Shown here in pieces: positions 50,045 to 59,714 of a stretch of 64,000 nt of DNA. Location: positions 2,912,001-2,976,000 of the forward strand of contig OZ241863.1 of the NCBI GenBank assembly GCA_965203055.1. Reading direction: 5' to 3'. A model generated the notes under the pieces. That model did not search any database. It saw only the letters and a program-made list of their open reading frames with translations, and was not told the origin of the DNA. Numbering within the stretch: the first letter of the stretch is position 1; each line of letters begins with the position of its first letter. Both the position numbers and the translations under genes were made by a program. This DNA comes from Spirochaetia bacterium (GTDB lineage: Bacteria; Spirochaetota; Spirochaetia; SZUA-6; Bin103).

Positions 50045-51634
50045 TCAGGCGCGGGCCACTTCGAAGGCGGCGATGTTGCGTGCCTCGCGGCTGAACTCCA
50101 CTCCGAGAAGGTGGATCGGTTCGCCCAGCGCGCGGTACTTCTCCGCGTAGCCGCGCGCCTGCAACTGCGCCAGCGCCGCGCCCTCGGGCGCCAGCTCCAC
50201 CACCTTGAACTCGAACAGATAGACGTTGCCACGGTACCGCACCGCCAGATCGACCCGCCCGCGGCTGCTCGAATCTTCCACCGCGACGTCCAGCCCCACC
50301 GCCGCGAACCAGGAGTAGCAGACGCTCGCGTAGTAGCCCTCGTAGCGCGCGATGTCGTTGCGCGTGTGCCACTCGTACGGGATACCGGCGAAGAACGCCC
50401 GGAACAGCGCCTCCAGCCCGGCGAAGTCGTTCGCCGCCAGCAGCCGCTCCAACGCTGTGTCCTGGGTCAGCCGGCGCGCCGCGGCGGGCGCCAGCGCCCG
50501 CAGCAGGCGTTCGTTCAGAGCGAGCCGCACTTCGCGGTTGGGATAGCCGAGCCGGTAGCGCGGTCCGCGCGCCGAGTGCTCGACGCTGCGGATGGTCAGA
50601 TAACCGGTCTGGAACAGCAGTGCCTCAGGCTCCATCTCGTCCACGTCGAACGCGGACAGCAGGTCGCCGCCGGCCAGCATGCCGTCCAGCTCCGGCGAGG
50701 CGACGCCGCGCTCGATCAGCGCGTCGATCAGAAACGACGGCGTACCGGTCTCGAACCAGTACGCCGCGAACGTCCGCTCGTCGAACAGCAGCAGGATGTC
50801 GAACGGGTTGTAGACCCGCTCCTCGCCCAGCCAGTTATAGCCGTTGTACCAGTCGCGGATCTCCTCCCGGTCCAGGCCCGGCAGCTCCGGCGCGAACACC
50901 GTGTCCAGGTCGGCCTCGGTGTAGCCGCAGATCGCCGAGAACTCCGGTTCCAGAGTGAGGTCGATCAGATTGTTGAGGCCGCCGGATAACACGCTAGCCA
51001 TGGAGAACTTGCTCACCCCGGTCAGCAGCGTGAACTCGACGTGCGCGTCGCAGGTCTTGATGGTCGCGTACAGCCCGCGCAGGTAGCGGCGGTTGGCGCG
51101 CGCCGTCTCCTTGTGTTCCAGCACGTCCAGGATCGGCTTGTCGTACTCGTCGACCAGCACCGCCGCCCGCTGCCCGGATCGCTCGTGCAGCGCTTCCAGC
51201 AGGTAGGCCAGCCGGCCCGGCGCGGTGCGGTACTCGGCGGCGATACCCGCGCGCCGCTCGATGGCGGCGAGCTGCTCCATGACGCTGGCTTCGAGCAGGG
51301 CCGGGTCGCGGTAGTCGCCGGCGCCGAAGTCGAGGCGCACCACCGGGCGGCGCTTGGACCACTCCCAGTGGTCGTGGACGTGCAGGCCGCGGAACAGCTC
51401 CTCGCTGCCCTCGAACAGTTCCTTGATGGTGTCGAGCAGCAGGCTCTTGCCGAAGCGGCGCGGGCGCGACAGGAAGTAGTGCGTGCCCTCCTGGGTCAGA
51501 CGGAGGATGAAGGCGGTCTTGTCGACGTAGTAGCAGTCGTCCTCGCGAAGCCTGCGGAAGGTCTGGATGCCGATCGGCAGCTTCCTGCGCGTCATGGGCG
51601 CGTCTCGATGCGGCGCAGTCACGGTGACGGCCAT
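50045..51634 (-). CDS. AAA-ATPase-like protein with a C-terminal PD-(D/E)XK nuclease (copy 3)
   Basis: Same motifs as copy 1, full length. Start 51634 or 51595. Confidence 0.9.
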   Translation of the reverse strand: MAVTVTAPHRDAPMTRRKLPIGIQTFRRLREDDCYYVDKTAFILRLTQEGTHYFLSRPRRFGKSLLLDTIKELFEGSEELFRGLHVHDHWEWSKRRPVVRLDFGAGDYRDPALLEASVMEQLAAIERRAGIAAEYRTAPGRLAYLLEALHERSGQRAAVLVDEYDKPILDVLEHKETARANRRYLRGLYATIKTCDAHVEFTLLTGVSKFSMASVLSGGLNNLIDLTLEPEFSAICGYTEADLDTVFAPELPGLDREEIRDWYNGYNWLGEERVYNPFDILLLFDERTFAAYWFETGTPSFLIDALIERGVASPELDGMLAGGDLLSAFDVDEMEPEALLFQTGYLTIRSVEHSARGPRYRLGYPNREVRLALNERLLRALAPAAARRLTQDTALERLLAANDFAGLEALFRAFFAGIPYEWHTRNDIARYEGYYASVCYSWFAAVGLDVAVEDSSSRGRVDLAVRYRGNVYLFEFKVVELAPEGAALAQLQARGYAEKYRALGEPIHLLGVEFSREARNIAAFEVARA

Positions 51635-51816
51635 GGCGCCACGGTACGCGGGCCGCTGCCGGTCGCGCAACTGCGTACCGGCCCCGGCTCGGTCAACCTC
51701 GGCATTGCAGCGGGAGGCAGAGGGGTCGGTCAGGCCGGTCGTCAGTCGTCAATCAGTCGTCACGCTGGTGGTTGACAAGCCGAGGGAGCGGTCTTTAGGT
51801 TTAGGTTGAAGTCTTC

Positions 51817-53160
51817 ATGGTCAAGGAGATGCGCTACCTTCCCCTTATCGTATCGGCGGTTGTCGGCATACTGCTGCTCACTACGTTGGCAGGTTGCCAG
51901 CAGGCGTCGCCCAGCGGCGCAAGGCCGGCCAATCCTCCTGCCCAACCTGCGAGTCCGCCGGCGGCCGAACCGGCAGCGGCGATCACGTGCGCGGACTCGG
52001 CGATCCGTCTGCTTGACCGCGGCGCCGGAATCCACGGCGCGATCGTATCCGACACGTTGCACCTGGGCGGGGCCACGACGCCGGTCACGTGCGCGGCGCC
52101 GGCGAACCAGTCCGTGGCCGGCGCGTTCGACCCGGCCGGGCGTGCGGCGTCATCTCATCAGTCCGAGTACTCCCTGATCGTGATTCGCTATCCCGCCGGC
52201 ACTCGGCTGTACATCATCAGCCGCCGCGCCGACGGCACCTCCTGCGTGGTCGATACCAACGACGCGTGCATTGCGGAAGTGTCCGACTTGCCGGACGGCT
52301 TCGACGTCGATGACCTGCCGGAGGACGTGCCTCCGATCATTCCCGCCGGCCGGACCGTGGTGGTGGAAGACCAGGCCAGGGCGCCGGCAGCGGCCGGCAA
52401 CCCGAATCCCCGCGACGGGGCGACCGGGGTGACGGTCGACGCGCCGGAGCTGCGCTGGACCGCGGGCGCGCGGACGGCCAGCTACGACCTCTACTGGGGG
52501 ACCGGGAGGAGCCTCGGCGCGGACGCTGCCCTGGGTACGCCGGTCCGCACTCGTTACACCGCCTGGACCATACGGAGGCCGGGCACGACCGCAGCCGACC
52601 GGAGGCTGGCAAGCGCCACGACGTACTACTGGCGGGTCGACGCGAAGAACGAGCACGGCACCACCAAGGGTACCGTGTGGTCGTTCACCACGACCGACGA
52701 TCCCGGCCCACAGCCGCCGCCGGGCGGTGGTGACCCGCCGCCGGTAACGCCGCCGCCGGCGGGCGGTGGTTACACGGCGATCACCATATCGATCGCCGAT
52801 CAAAGCGTTACCGAAGGCAACCGCGGCCGGTTGGTCTACACCTCCGGGTATACGGCGTCCACGTGGGTACCGTCTGAAGACCTGCATTGGCTCCCGGTGC
52901 GGTTGAGTCGGCCCACCCCCGAGGGGGAGCTCGTAGGATTTCAGTCGTCGGCCGGCACGGCGACGGCGGGTGATGATTACCAACTTCGCAGCGGGCAGCT
53001 GTACTTCAACCGCGGCTCTGCTTCGAAGACCCTGCATTTCGTCACGTGGGGCGACCTTGACGATGAGCCGAACGAGACGTTCACGGTGACCGTCACGCCG
53101 CCGAGTGACTGGACGTGCGCGAAGTGCACCGCGACCATCACCATCGTCGATGACGATTAG
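51817..53160 (+). CDS. Lipoprotein with FN3-like and C-terminal Calx-beta domains (copy A)
   Basis: Lipobox LAG-C; YDLYWG..TTYYWRVDAKN..G.VWSFTT; ISIAD.SVTEG..GTATAGDDY..DDEPNETFTV..ATITIVDDD. Confidence 0.8.
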   Translation: MVKEMRYLPLIVSAVVGILLLTTLAGCQQASPSGARPANPPAQPASPPAAEPAAAITCADSAIRLLDRGAGIHGAIVSDTLHLGGATTPVTCAAPANQSVAGAFDPAGRAASSHQSEYSLIVIRYPAGTRLYIISRRADGTSCVVDTNDACIAEVSDLPDGFDVDDLPEDVPPIIPAGRTVVVEDQARAPAAAGNPNPRDGATGVTVDAPELRWTAGARTASYDLYWGTGRSLGADAALGTPVRTRYTAWTIRRPGTTAADRRLASATTYYWRVDAKNEHGTTKGTVWSFTTTDDPGPQPPPGGGDPPPVTPPPAGGGYTAITISIADQSVTEGNRGRLVYTSGYTASTWVPSEDLHWLPVRLSRPTPEGELVGFQSSAGTATAGDDYQLRSGQLYFNRGSASKTLHFVTWGDLDDEPNETFTVTVTPPSDWTCAKCTATITIVDDD

Positions 53161-53231
53161 GAGCCTCGCCCCGCCAGCGAGGTGAGCGGGTTCCGGGAGG
53201 GGTCGGCCAAGGCCAAGCCCAAACCTGCCTG

Positions 53232-55388
53232 ATGCCGAACCCGCGCCGCCTGGAACGAGCCCTGGTCCGCGCCATCCGCGCGGGCGCGGCGCTGGTGCTG
53301 CTGACGCCTCTGATCGTCACGCCGGCGACCGTCTACCCGTTCGTCGTCGGCAAGGCGCTCTATTCGCGGGCCGCCATCGAAGTGGTCGTCGGCCTGTACG
53401 CGGCGCTGGCGGCCCTGCGCCCCGCCTACGCGCCGCCGCGGCGGTCGCGGCTCCTGCTGGCGCTCGCCGCGGCCCTTGCGGCAGCGCTGGCCGCGGCGGT
53501 GCTGGGCGTCAGCCCCCGGCGCAGCCTGTGGTCCGATTACGAATCGATGCAGGGCGTCGTCGACGCGGCGCACTGGTTCGCGTTCACGGTCGTCATCGCC
53601 GCCACCTTCCGCACCGCGCGGGAGTGGCGCGCGCTGTTGAACGTCAACCTCGGCGTGGGCTCGGCGATCGCCCTGCTGGCGGTGGCCAGTTCATTGGCGG
53701 TGGACCTGCCGTTCTTCGGCTCCCTGCCGGAGTACCGGTACCCGCGAATCGCCACCGTGTTCGGCAACCCCCTCTATCTCGGCGCCTACATGCTGGTGAA
53801 CGCGGTGGTCGCCGGCGGGTTCCTGGCGCGGTCGTTTGCCGGCGCCGGCGGCGGCGCCCGGTTCAGGTGGGGCCGGCTCCGGTGGGGCGCGGCGGCCGCC
53901 CTCCACCTGTGGGCGTTCACCCTGGCCGGCTCGCTCGGCGCATTGGCGGGACTCATCGCCGCCGGCGGGTTCCTCGGCGCGGCGTACCTGTTGCTGGCGC
54001 GCGCCCGGGCCGCGCGGATCGCGGGCGCGGTCGCCGCGGCGCTGGCCGCCGCCGCGGCGACCGGCCTGGCACTGCCGCTCCTCGCCGGAGGCGGCCTGCC
54101 GGAGCGCGCCATCGACTCCTCCCTCAACCCGTTGCTGCAACGGATCGACCGCCTCAGCTTCTCGACCGGGACGCTGCAAGGCCGTCTGGCTGCCTGGCAG
54201 GCGGGTCTCGCAGGTTTCGCGGCGCGGCCGCTGCTGGGCTGGGGGCCCGACAACTTCGCGGTGGTGTTGGGCCGGTACGCCGCCGCCGCCGGCGATTCGA
54301 CCATTGCGTACGTAGGGTACGCGCACAGCAAGATCGTGGAGGAGGCCGCGACCAAGGGCCTGGCCGGCCTGGCGACCTATCTGGCGGTGTGGGCGGCGGC
54401 GCTGGCCGTCATCGCGCGCGCCGGCCGGCGCGCGGACCCGGGGGAGCAGGCGCTGGTACTGTTCACCGGCGCGGCGCTGGCCGGCGCCGGCGCGCAGATC
54501 CAGACGCTGTTCGACCACAGCGCCTCGTCCCTGCAATACGCGCTGCTGTTCGGCTTCGTCATCCACCTGGAGATTCGGCAGCGGGCCGCCCGCCGGCCCG
54601 CCGGCCCGCCGGTCCCCGCAGGCAACGGGCGCCGGCGGCCCTGGCGGCGCCGTGCGGGCGCCGGGACGCGCGCTGCGCTCGCGTTGGGCGTGTTGGCGTT
54701 GGCGGGGGCCGGCCTGGCGGCCAACCGCGCCATCTACTCGGCCGCGGTCGCGCTCAAGGACAGCTATGCCGCCGAGCACTACCCGGCCGCGGTGGAGCGC
54801 GCCATCGCCGCCTTCCCGCCGCTGGCGAACCTGCCGCGGCGGCTCTGGTTCCTGAGCCTGGCGAACCACTGGCAGGAGCTGCATGCCCGCGACCCCGCGG
54901 CGGCGCAGGAGATCCTGGCGCGGGCCGACGTCGAAGCGTCGGCCGCGGTCGCCGCCGAGCCGGAGAACTGGCTGATCCAACAGGCGCTGGCCTTGATGTA
55001 CCGCGCCGCGGCGTCCACCGAACCGGAGTACCGCGCCAAGGCCGAGCGCTTCTTCCGGCAGTCGCTGGAGCTGGCCCCCCACCGCGACCGGTTCGCCGCC
55101 CCGCAGGTCGATCCCTACGGCGCGCCGCGGCAGTTGCGGGTTCGCCGTCACGGACCCGGGAGCTACACGTTGACCTGGCGCAATCCCCCCGGCTATCGGG
55201 GGAAATTCGAGGTGCAGGAGCGGGTGGGCGACGCGCAACGGACCGCGGTCGTCGACGGCACCTGGCTCCCGCTGTCGGGCATGAGCCCCGGCATCTACTT
55301 CTATCGGGTGCGGGCCTGCGGGAGCGGCAACCGGTGCGGCCGGTGGGCGTCATGGCCGCCCATTCACGTCCCGGCGGGCGGCGGCTGA
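53232..55388 (+). CDS. O-antigen ligase/O-oligosaccharyltransferase-like membrane protein with a C-terminal FN3-like domain
   Basis: YPFVVGK, RIATVFGNP, R..AW..G..RPLLGWGPDNF, YAHS..E..G..GL (Wzy_C); tail YTLTW..YFYRVRAC. Confidence 0.8.
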   Translation: MPNPRRLERALVRAIRAGAALVLLTPLIVTPATVYPFVVGKALYSRAAIEVVVGLYAALAALRPAYAPPRRSRLLLALAAALAAALAAAVLGVSPRRSLWSDYESMQGVVDAAHWFAFTVVIAATFRTAREWRALLNVNLGVGSAIALLAVASSLAVDLPFFGSLPEYRYPRIATVFGNPLYLGAYMLVNAVVAGGFLARSFAGAGGGARFRWGRLRWGAAAALHLWAFTLAGSLGALAGLIAAGGFLGAAYLLLARARAARIAGAVAAALAAAAATGLALPLLAGGGLPERAIDSSLNPLLQRIDRLSFSTGTLQGRLAAWQAGLAGFAARPLLGWGPDNFAVVLGRYAAAAGDSTIAYVGYAHSKIVEEAATKGLAGLATYLAVWAAALAVIARAGRRADPGEQALVLFTGAALAGAGAQIQTLFDHSASSLQYALLFGFVIHLEIRQRAARRPAGPPVPAGNGRRRPWRRRAGAGTRAALALGVLALAGAGLAANRAIYSAAVALKDSYAAEHYPAAVERAIAAFPPLANLPRRLWFLSLANHWQELHARDPAAAQEILARADVEASAAVAAEPENWLIQQALALMYRAAASTEPEYRAKAERFFRQSLELAPHRDRFAAPQVDPYGAPRQLRVRRHGPGSYTLTWRNPPGYRGKFEVQERVGDAQRTAVVDGTWLPLSGMSPGIYFYRVRACGSGNRCGRWASWPPIHVPAGGG

Positions 55389-57731
55389 CCGCCGGTTCGG
55401 CTCCGCGCCGGCCGGCACCGGGACCTCGACGCTCCAGAGCTGGCCCTGCCCGCTGATGAACTGGCCGGTGCGGAGGCCGGCGACCGCGTACTCCGGCAAC
55501 GGCGCCAGCGCCACGCACGCTTCGCCGAGCAGCGCTCCGTATTCCCGGTAATCGAAGCCCCGGTTCTCGAAGCCGTGCGGCCGGTCCTGCGGAGACAGGT
55601 CCTCCTCGTCCGCCGGAATCAGGTGCAGGAAGAACCGCTCCCGCAGGTCCTCCGCCGCGCACGGCTCCTTGTGGTACGCCAGCGCCCGGCCGTCGAGATA
55701 GAGGTCGAAGGCCGCGCGCGCGACCGGCGCTCCCCAGGCGCCGGAGCGGATCGCCGCGCGCGTTTGCCGGTAGCGCTGCGCGGTCGGCCCGGCCGCGAAC
55801 TCCACGCTCCAGAGCTGCCGCCCGCTCTGCCGAACGAATTGCCCGGTGCGGATGCCGGTGAGCTCGTAGTCGGGCAGCGTCACGGCCGCCAGGCAGGTCC
55901 CGCCGCGCCGCACGCCGCCCTCCCAGAAGTAGAAGTCGAAATTGCCGAACCCCTGTTCCCGCTGGTAGGCGGGCAGGTCGGCGGCGTCCGCCGGGAAGAG
56001 GTGCAGGAAGAACTTCTCCCGCAGGTCCTCCGGCGCGCACCCGTCCTTGACGTAGGTGAGCGTGGCGCCGTCGAGGTACAGGTCGAAGTGCGAGCTGGCG
56101 GCCGGGAATGCCGCCGCGGTCGTATCGTCGGCCAGCGACGGGTCGAGTCCGGTCACCGTGAAGATGACGTCGTGGTAGATGCGGCGCTCATATAGCACCG
56201 GCGAAAACGGAAATCTGCGGCGCTGGTCGGCCACCGAATCGCTGGTGATGACGTAGTACCGGTGCGCTGCCTCGGGCACCCCGTCGGTGAGGACGATTCT
56301 GCGCCGCTCGGCCGCGGGGAGTATGCGCAGATTGGCGCGGGCGAGCTGCAGGCCCCAGCCGTTCGCGGCGACGACGTGGATCGTTGCGTGCGGATCATAC
56401 CGGAGCAGATACTCCAGCCCTTCGCGGTACTCGGTTCCCCAATACATCACCTGATAGCGGTCGCTCAAGCGCTCCGGCGTGCGGCGGTCGACCAGGAAGT
56501 TGAAGTAGGCCTGCTGATAGGGATGCAGGCGCGCGAGGTCGACCGCCATGCCGGCCAGCGCCGCCGCGGCCAGCGCGTAGATTCCCTGCCGGAGCCAGCG
56601 CCGCGGCGCCGCGGCCAGCAGCCGGCGCAGGCCGTAGACCGCCAGCAGGCACGACGGCGCGGCCAGGAAGTACATCTGCCGCCAGCCGTTGTAGAGGTTG
56701 GCGTTGACCGCGATGACGGCCGCCACCGGCAGCGCCAGACAGGCGGCCAGCAGCGCCCCGAAGCGGGTGACGGGCGTGTTGCGGAGGAGCTCGCGCGGGC
56801 GCGTCAGACCGCGTCCGAGTACGGCAACGATCCCGGTCAGGCTCAGCAGCAGCGCCGCCGGCGGCGTGGTGATCGCCATCCAGGTCGGCAGGTAGTGCGG
56901 CGGAATCTCCGGCGCGCGCACCACCTCGCCCTGAAACAGCGTCGCAATGCGGACCGGGTGGCGCGCCAGCGTGACGACGGCGTCGATCAGCTCCAGCGGG
57001 TTGCGCCAGAGATAGGGGGAGACCGCGTACAGGGTCGCCGCCGCGGCCAGCAGGAACGCGCCGCCGGTCGCCAGCGCCCGCCGCCGCTCCGCCGGCCCGC
57101 CCGCCTGCAGCAGATCGAGCGCCCGCAGCGCCGGCACCGCCGCGCACAGCAGCAGGCCCATGATCCGCAGGTTGACCAGCACGCCCACGCCCAGCCCGCA
57201 GAGCGCGAACGCGCCGGCGGTGTCGCGGCGGAAGGCGCGCTGCGTCAGGTAGAGGGCGATCATGAACATGACCAGGAACGGGATGTCCTTGGTGTTGAAG
57301 AAGGAGTGGGCGTACAGGCGGGGCTGCAGCAGGAACAGCAGCAGGGCGAACAGCGCCAGGCGGCGGTCGCAGAACAGGCGATAGGTCAGCAGCCAGCAGA
57401 AGAAGCCGCCGGTGAGGAAGAACAGGTGGGTCAGCAGGTGGCGGCTGAGGTAGACGGCGCGGCTGTCGGTGAGGCCGAGCAGCCGCTCGACCAGGATCAG
57501 CGGCGCTTCGAACACGGCGCCGTAATACCGGTCATGGCGGTCCGGCAGGGCGCCGTCACCCAGCGCGTAGGCGATCACCGCCCGGCCGGTGCTGCGCTGC
57601 GCGGCCTCGTCCGACGCCGCGCCGTAGTCGTCCAGGAGGGCGGCGCCCAGCGCCGCGAACGCGATCAGCGCGATGAGCGCGTCACGCCACGGCAGCCGCC
57701 GCGCGGCGCACGGATGCGCCGCCGTCACCAC
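55350..57731 (-). CDS. GT-C/PMT-like membrane glycosyltransferase (paralogue 3)
   Basis: YGAASDE loop; near-identical core to paralogues 1 and 2; two C-terminal modules; 3' end overlaps the convergent gene by 39 nt. Confidence 0.8.
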   Translation of the reverse strand: MVTAAHPCAARRLPWRDALIALIAFAALGAALLDDYGAASDEAAQRSTGRAVIAYALGDGALPDRHDRYYGAVFEAPLILVERLLGLTDSRAVYLSRHLLTHLFFLTGGFFCWLLTYRLFCDRRLALFALLLFLLQPRLYAHSFFNTKDIPFLVMFMIALYLTQRAFRRDTAGAFALCGLGVGVLVNLRIMGLLLCAAVPALRALDLLQAGGPAERRRALATGGAFLLAAAATLYAVSPYLWRNPLELIDAVVTLARHPVRIATLFQGEVVRAPEIPPHYLPTWMAITTPPAALLLSLTGIVAVLGRGLTRPRELLRNTPVTRFGALLAACLALPVAAVIAVNANLYNGWRQMYFLAAPSCLLAVYGLRRLLAAAPRRWLRQGIYALAAAALAGMAVDLARLHPYQQAYFNFLVDRRTPERLSDRYQVMYWGTEYREGLEYLLRYDPHATIHVVAANGWGLQLARANLRILPAAERRRIVLTDGVPEAAHRYYVITSDSVADQRRRFPFSPVLYERRIYHDVIFTVTGLDPSLADDTTAAAFPAASSHFDLYLDGATLTYVKDGCAPEDLREKFFLHLFPADAADLPAYQREQGFGNFDFYFWEGGVRRGGTCLAAVTLPDYELTGIRTGQFVRQSGRQLWSVEFAAGPTAQRYRQTRAAIRSGAWGAPVARAAFDLYLDGRALAYHKEPCAAEDLRERFFLHLIPADEEDLSPQDRPHGFENRGFDYREYGALLGEACVALAPLPEYAVAGLRTGQFISGQGQLWSVEVPVPAGAEPNRRSAAARRDVNGRP

Positions 57732-57794
57732 GGCGTCAGGCGCGGCGCGGCGCGCGCTCGCGCCGGCCGGGCGCCGCGCGGCTCACCGCCGGCC

Positions 57795-59714
57795 TCACGG
57801 CTCCGCTCCGCCGGCCTCACGGCCCGGCTCCGCCGCCGGCGCCTCGAGCTCCGCGGCCCAGAGCTCGCGCCCCGTATCTCTGACGAGCTGGCCGGTTCTG
57901 AGGCGGGCGATGGCGTAGTCCGGCAGCGTCACGGCTGCGAGACAGACGCCTTCCCAGAGCACTCCCTGCCACCAGAACTCGAAGTCGAGGGTGTCGAAGC
58001 CCCGCTCCCGGATGCCGGAGGCAAGATCGCCATCGGAGGCCAGCTCGTCCGCGGCGGCCGGGAAGACGTGCAGGAAGAAGCGCTCCCGGACATCCGCCCG
58101 GCCGCAAGGCTCCTTCGCGTACACCAGCCGGTCCCCGGCCAGATACAGGTCGAACACCTCGCCGGCGGCGCGCCGCCGGCCGGCCAGCGAGGCCTGCAGC
58201 GCGCGGAACTCGGCCAGCTCCTGCGCCAGGTAGTGATCGTCGTCGAACGGCTCGGGCGCCGCCGCCGGCGCGCGCACCATGGTCTCGCCCATGATCGACC
58301 CGATGCCGCCGTAGGCCCGGTACCGCCGCGGGAAATTGGGCCGCGGCACGTACCGTTGCCGGGTATCGACCCGGAACACTTCGTTGCCGGCCGCGTCCAC
58401 CTCGACCACGGTCAGCGGCAGGGAGTCGCTCACCCGGGTGGTGGCTCGCACGCCGAAGTTGATCAGCGTATTGCCGTTGCTCAGCCGGTAGGCGCTGCTC
58501 ATGGCCGGCGAGTAGATGTCCGGCGTCGGCCGGTATTCCCACACCTTCACCGCGGTGCCGGCCGCCTCGTCCAGCCGCAGCTCCAGCGCGCGCGAGTAGG
58601 CGCCGCCCTCGGCGTCGGGCCGCCCCCAGCCGTTGTCGAACAGCAGTACGTTGCCGTCGTCGAGCTGCGCCGCGGTGTGCGGCCCGTAGAACCGATCGTT
58701 CGGGTTCGGGAACCGGTAATCGCTGTCCGGCCCGTGCAGTTGCCATTCGATCGCCCGCAGGTCGGCGCTGAGCGAGATCACCTGATTGCGCACGCGGGAC
58801 GAGATGATGAGGTTGCCGCGCGGGCCGATGCTCACCGAGTTGAGGTGCGTCCACCTGACCGTGCCGAGTTGCTCCGCGCGTCGGGTCAAGTCGCGAATGT
58901 CCCAGAACTCCCCGGCGTCCCAGACCTGCTCGACCTGTCCGCGCGCGCGGTCCCAGACGCGCAGATCGTCGACCCTGAACTCGACCTCGTCGAAGACGAC
59001 CGATTCCCGGCTCAGGTAGATCACGCGGCCATCGGCGAGCGCGAGGACCTCATGGTGCGGAATCCCCGCGGCTCCGCCCCGCTCCAACCGGTCGACCACT
59101 TCTCCCAAGGGGGTGATCTCGATCAGACCCCTCCGGGGGTCCGTGAAGAGCAAGGCGCCGCCGGGCAACTGAGCGATGGCGCCGACCTGCAACGCCCGGA
59201 CAGCGGAGGCGCCGGACGCATCGTAGTACCAGACCGGCGCCCCCGTTTCATCCCGGAACAGGAGGTATGCGCGTCCGTCGCCGCGCAGGTAACCGGACAG
59301 GATGAGCGGCTGCGAGCTTCTGCCGCGCGCCTGCGTCGATATGGCGGCGAGGCGCCGCGGCAGCGGTCCGGTGGTGAACCGGCCGCCCGGCCCGGCGGCG
59401 CCTTCCGCCGCGGCGCCGTCCATTGCCGAGCCGTCAGCTGCCGAGCCGTCCACGACGAAGATGGTGTAGTCGTAGGTCGTCTCCGGGCGCAGCCTGACGA
59501 GCGGGATGACGTGCGCCGCGCCCCGCTCGCTCAGCGGCGTGCGGTAGCGCCCGGCCTGCGGGTGGTCGTACTCGACGTACACCCGCGCCGCGCCTGACAG
59601 CGCTACCCGCACCTCGACGATCAGCGCGTTGCGCGCGCTGACCGACGCGCCGTGGCGCAGGACCGCGGCGGCGTCCGCCGCCGGCGCCGGCGCGGCGGCG
59701 AGCGCGATCGACAC
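57795..59714 (-). CDS. Aryl-sulfate sulfotransferase (paralogue 3)
   Basis: PHHE, WTHLNSV, SSR, FYGPHTA; the signal region is shorter than in the other two, so the start is uncertain. Confidence 0.8.
   Translation of the reverse strand: MSIALAAAPAPAADAAAVLRHGASVSARNALIVEVRVALSGAARVYVEYDHPQAGRYRTPLSERGAAHVIPLVRLRPETTYDYTIFVVDGSAADGSAMDGAAAEGAAGPGGRFTTGPLPRRLAAISTQARGRSSQPLILSGYLRGDGRAYLLFRDETGAPVWYYDASGASAVRALQVGAIAQLPGGALLFTDPRRGLIEITPLGEVVDRLERGGAAGIPHHEVLALADGRVIYLSRESVVFDEVEFRVDDLRVWDRARGQVEQVWDAGEFWDIRDLTRRAEQLGTVRWTHLNSVSIGPRGNLIISSRVRNQVISLSADLRAIEWQLHGPDSDYRFPNPNDRFYGPHTAAQLDDGNVLLFDNGWGRPDAEGGAYSRALELRLDEAAGTAVKVWEYRPTPDIYSPAMSSAYRLSNGNTLINFGVRATTRVSDSLPLTVVEVDAAGNEVFRVDTRQRYVPRPNFPRRYRAYGGIGSIMGETMVRAPAAAPEPFDDDHYLAQELAEFRALQASLAGRRRAAGEVFDLYLAGDRLVYAKEPCGRADVRERFFLHVFPAAADELASDGDLASGIRERGFDTLDFEFWWQGVLWEGVCLAAVTLPDYAIARLRTGQLVRDTGRELWAAELEAPAAEPGREAGGAEP

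Noticed and set aside
56262..59597. Very long antisense or alternative-frame ORFs (also 37027-39804, 47206-50094, 20039-22954, 41871-44291)
   Set aside because: Shadow ORFs of real genes in high-GC DNA; Arg/Ala/Pro-rich with no motifs.
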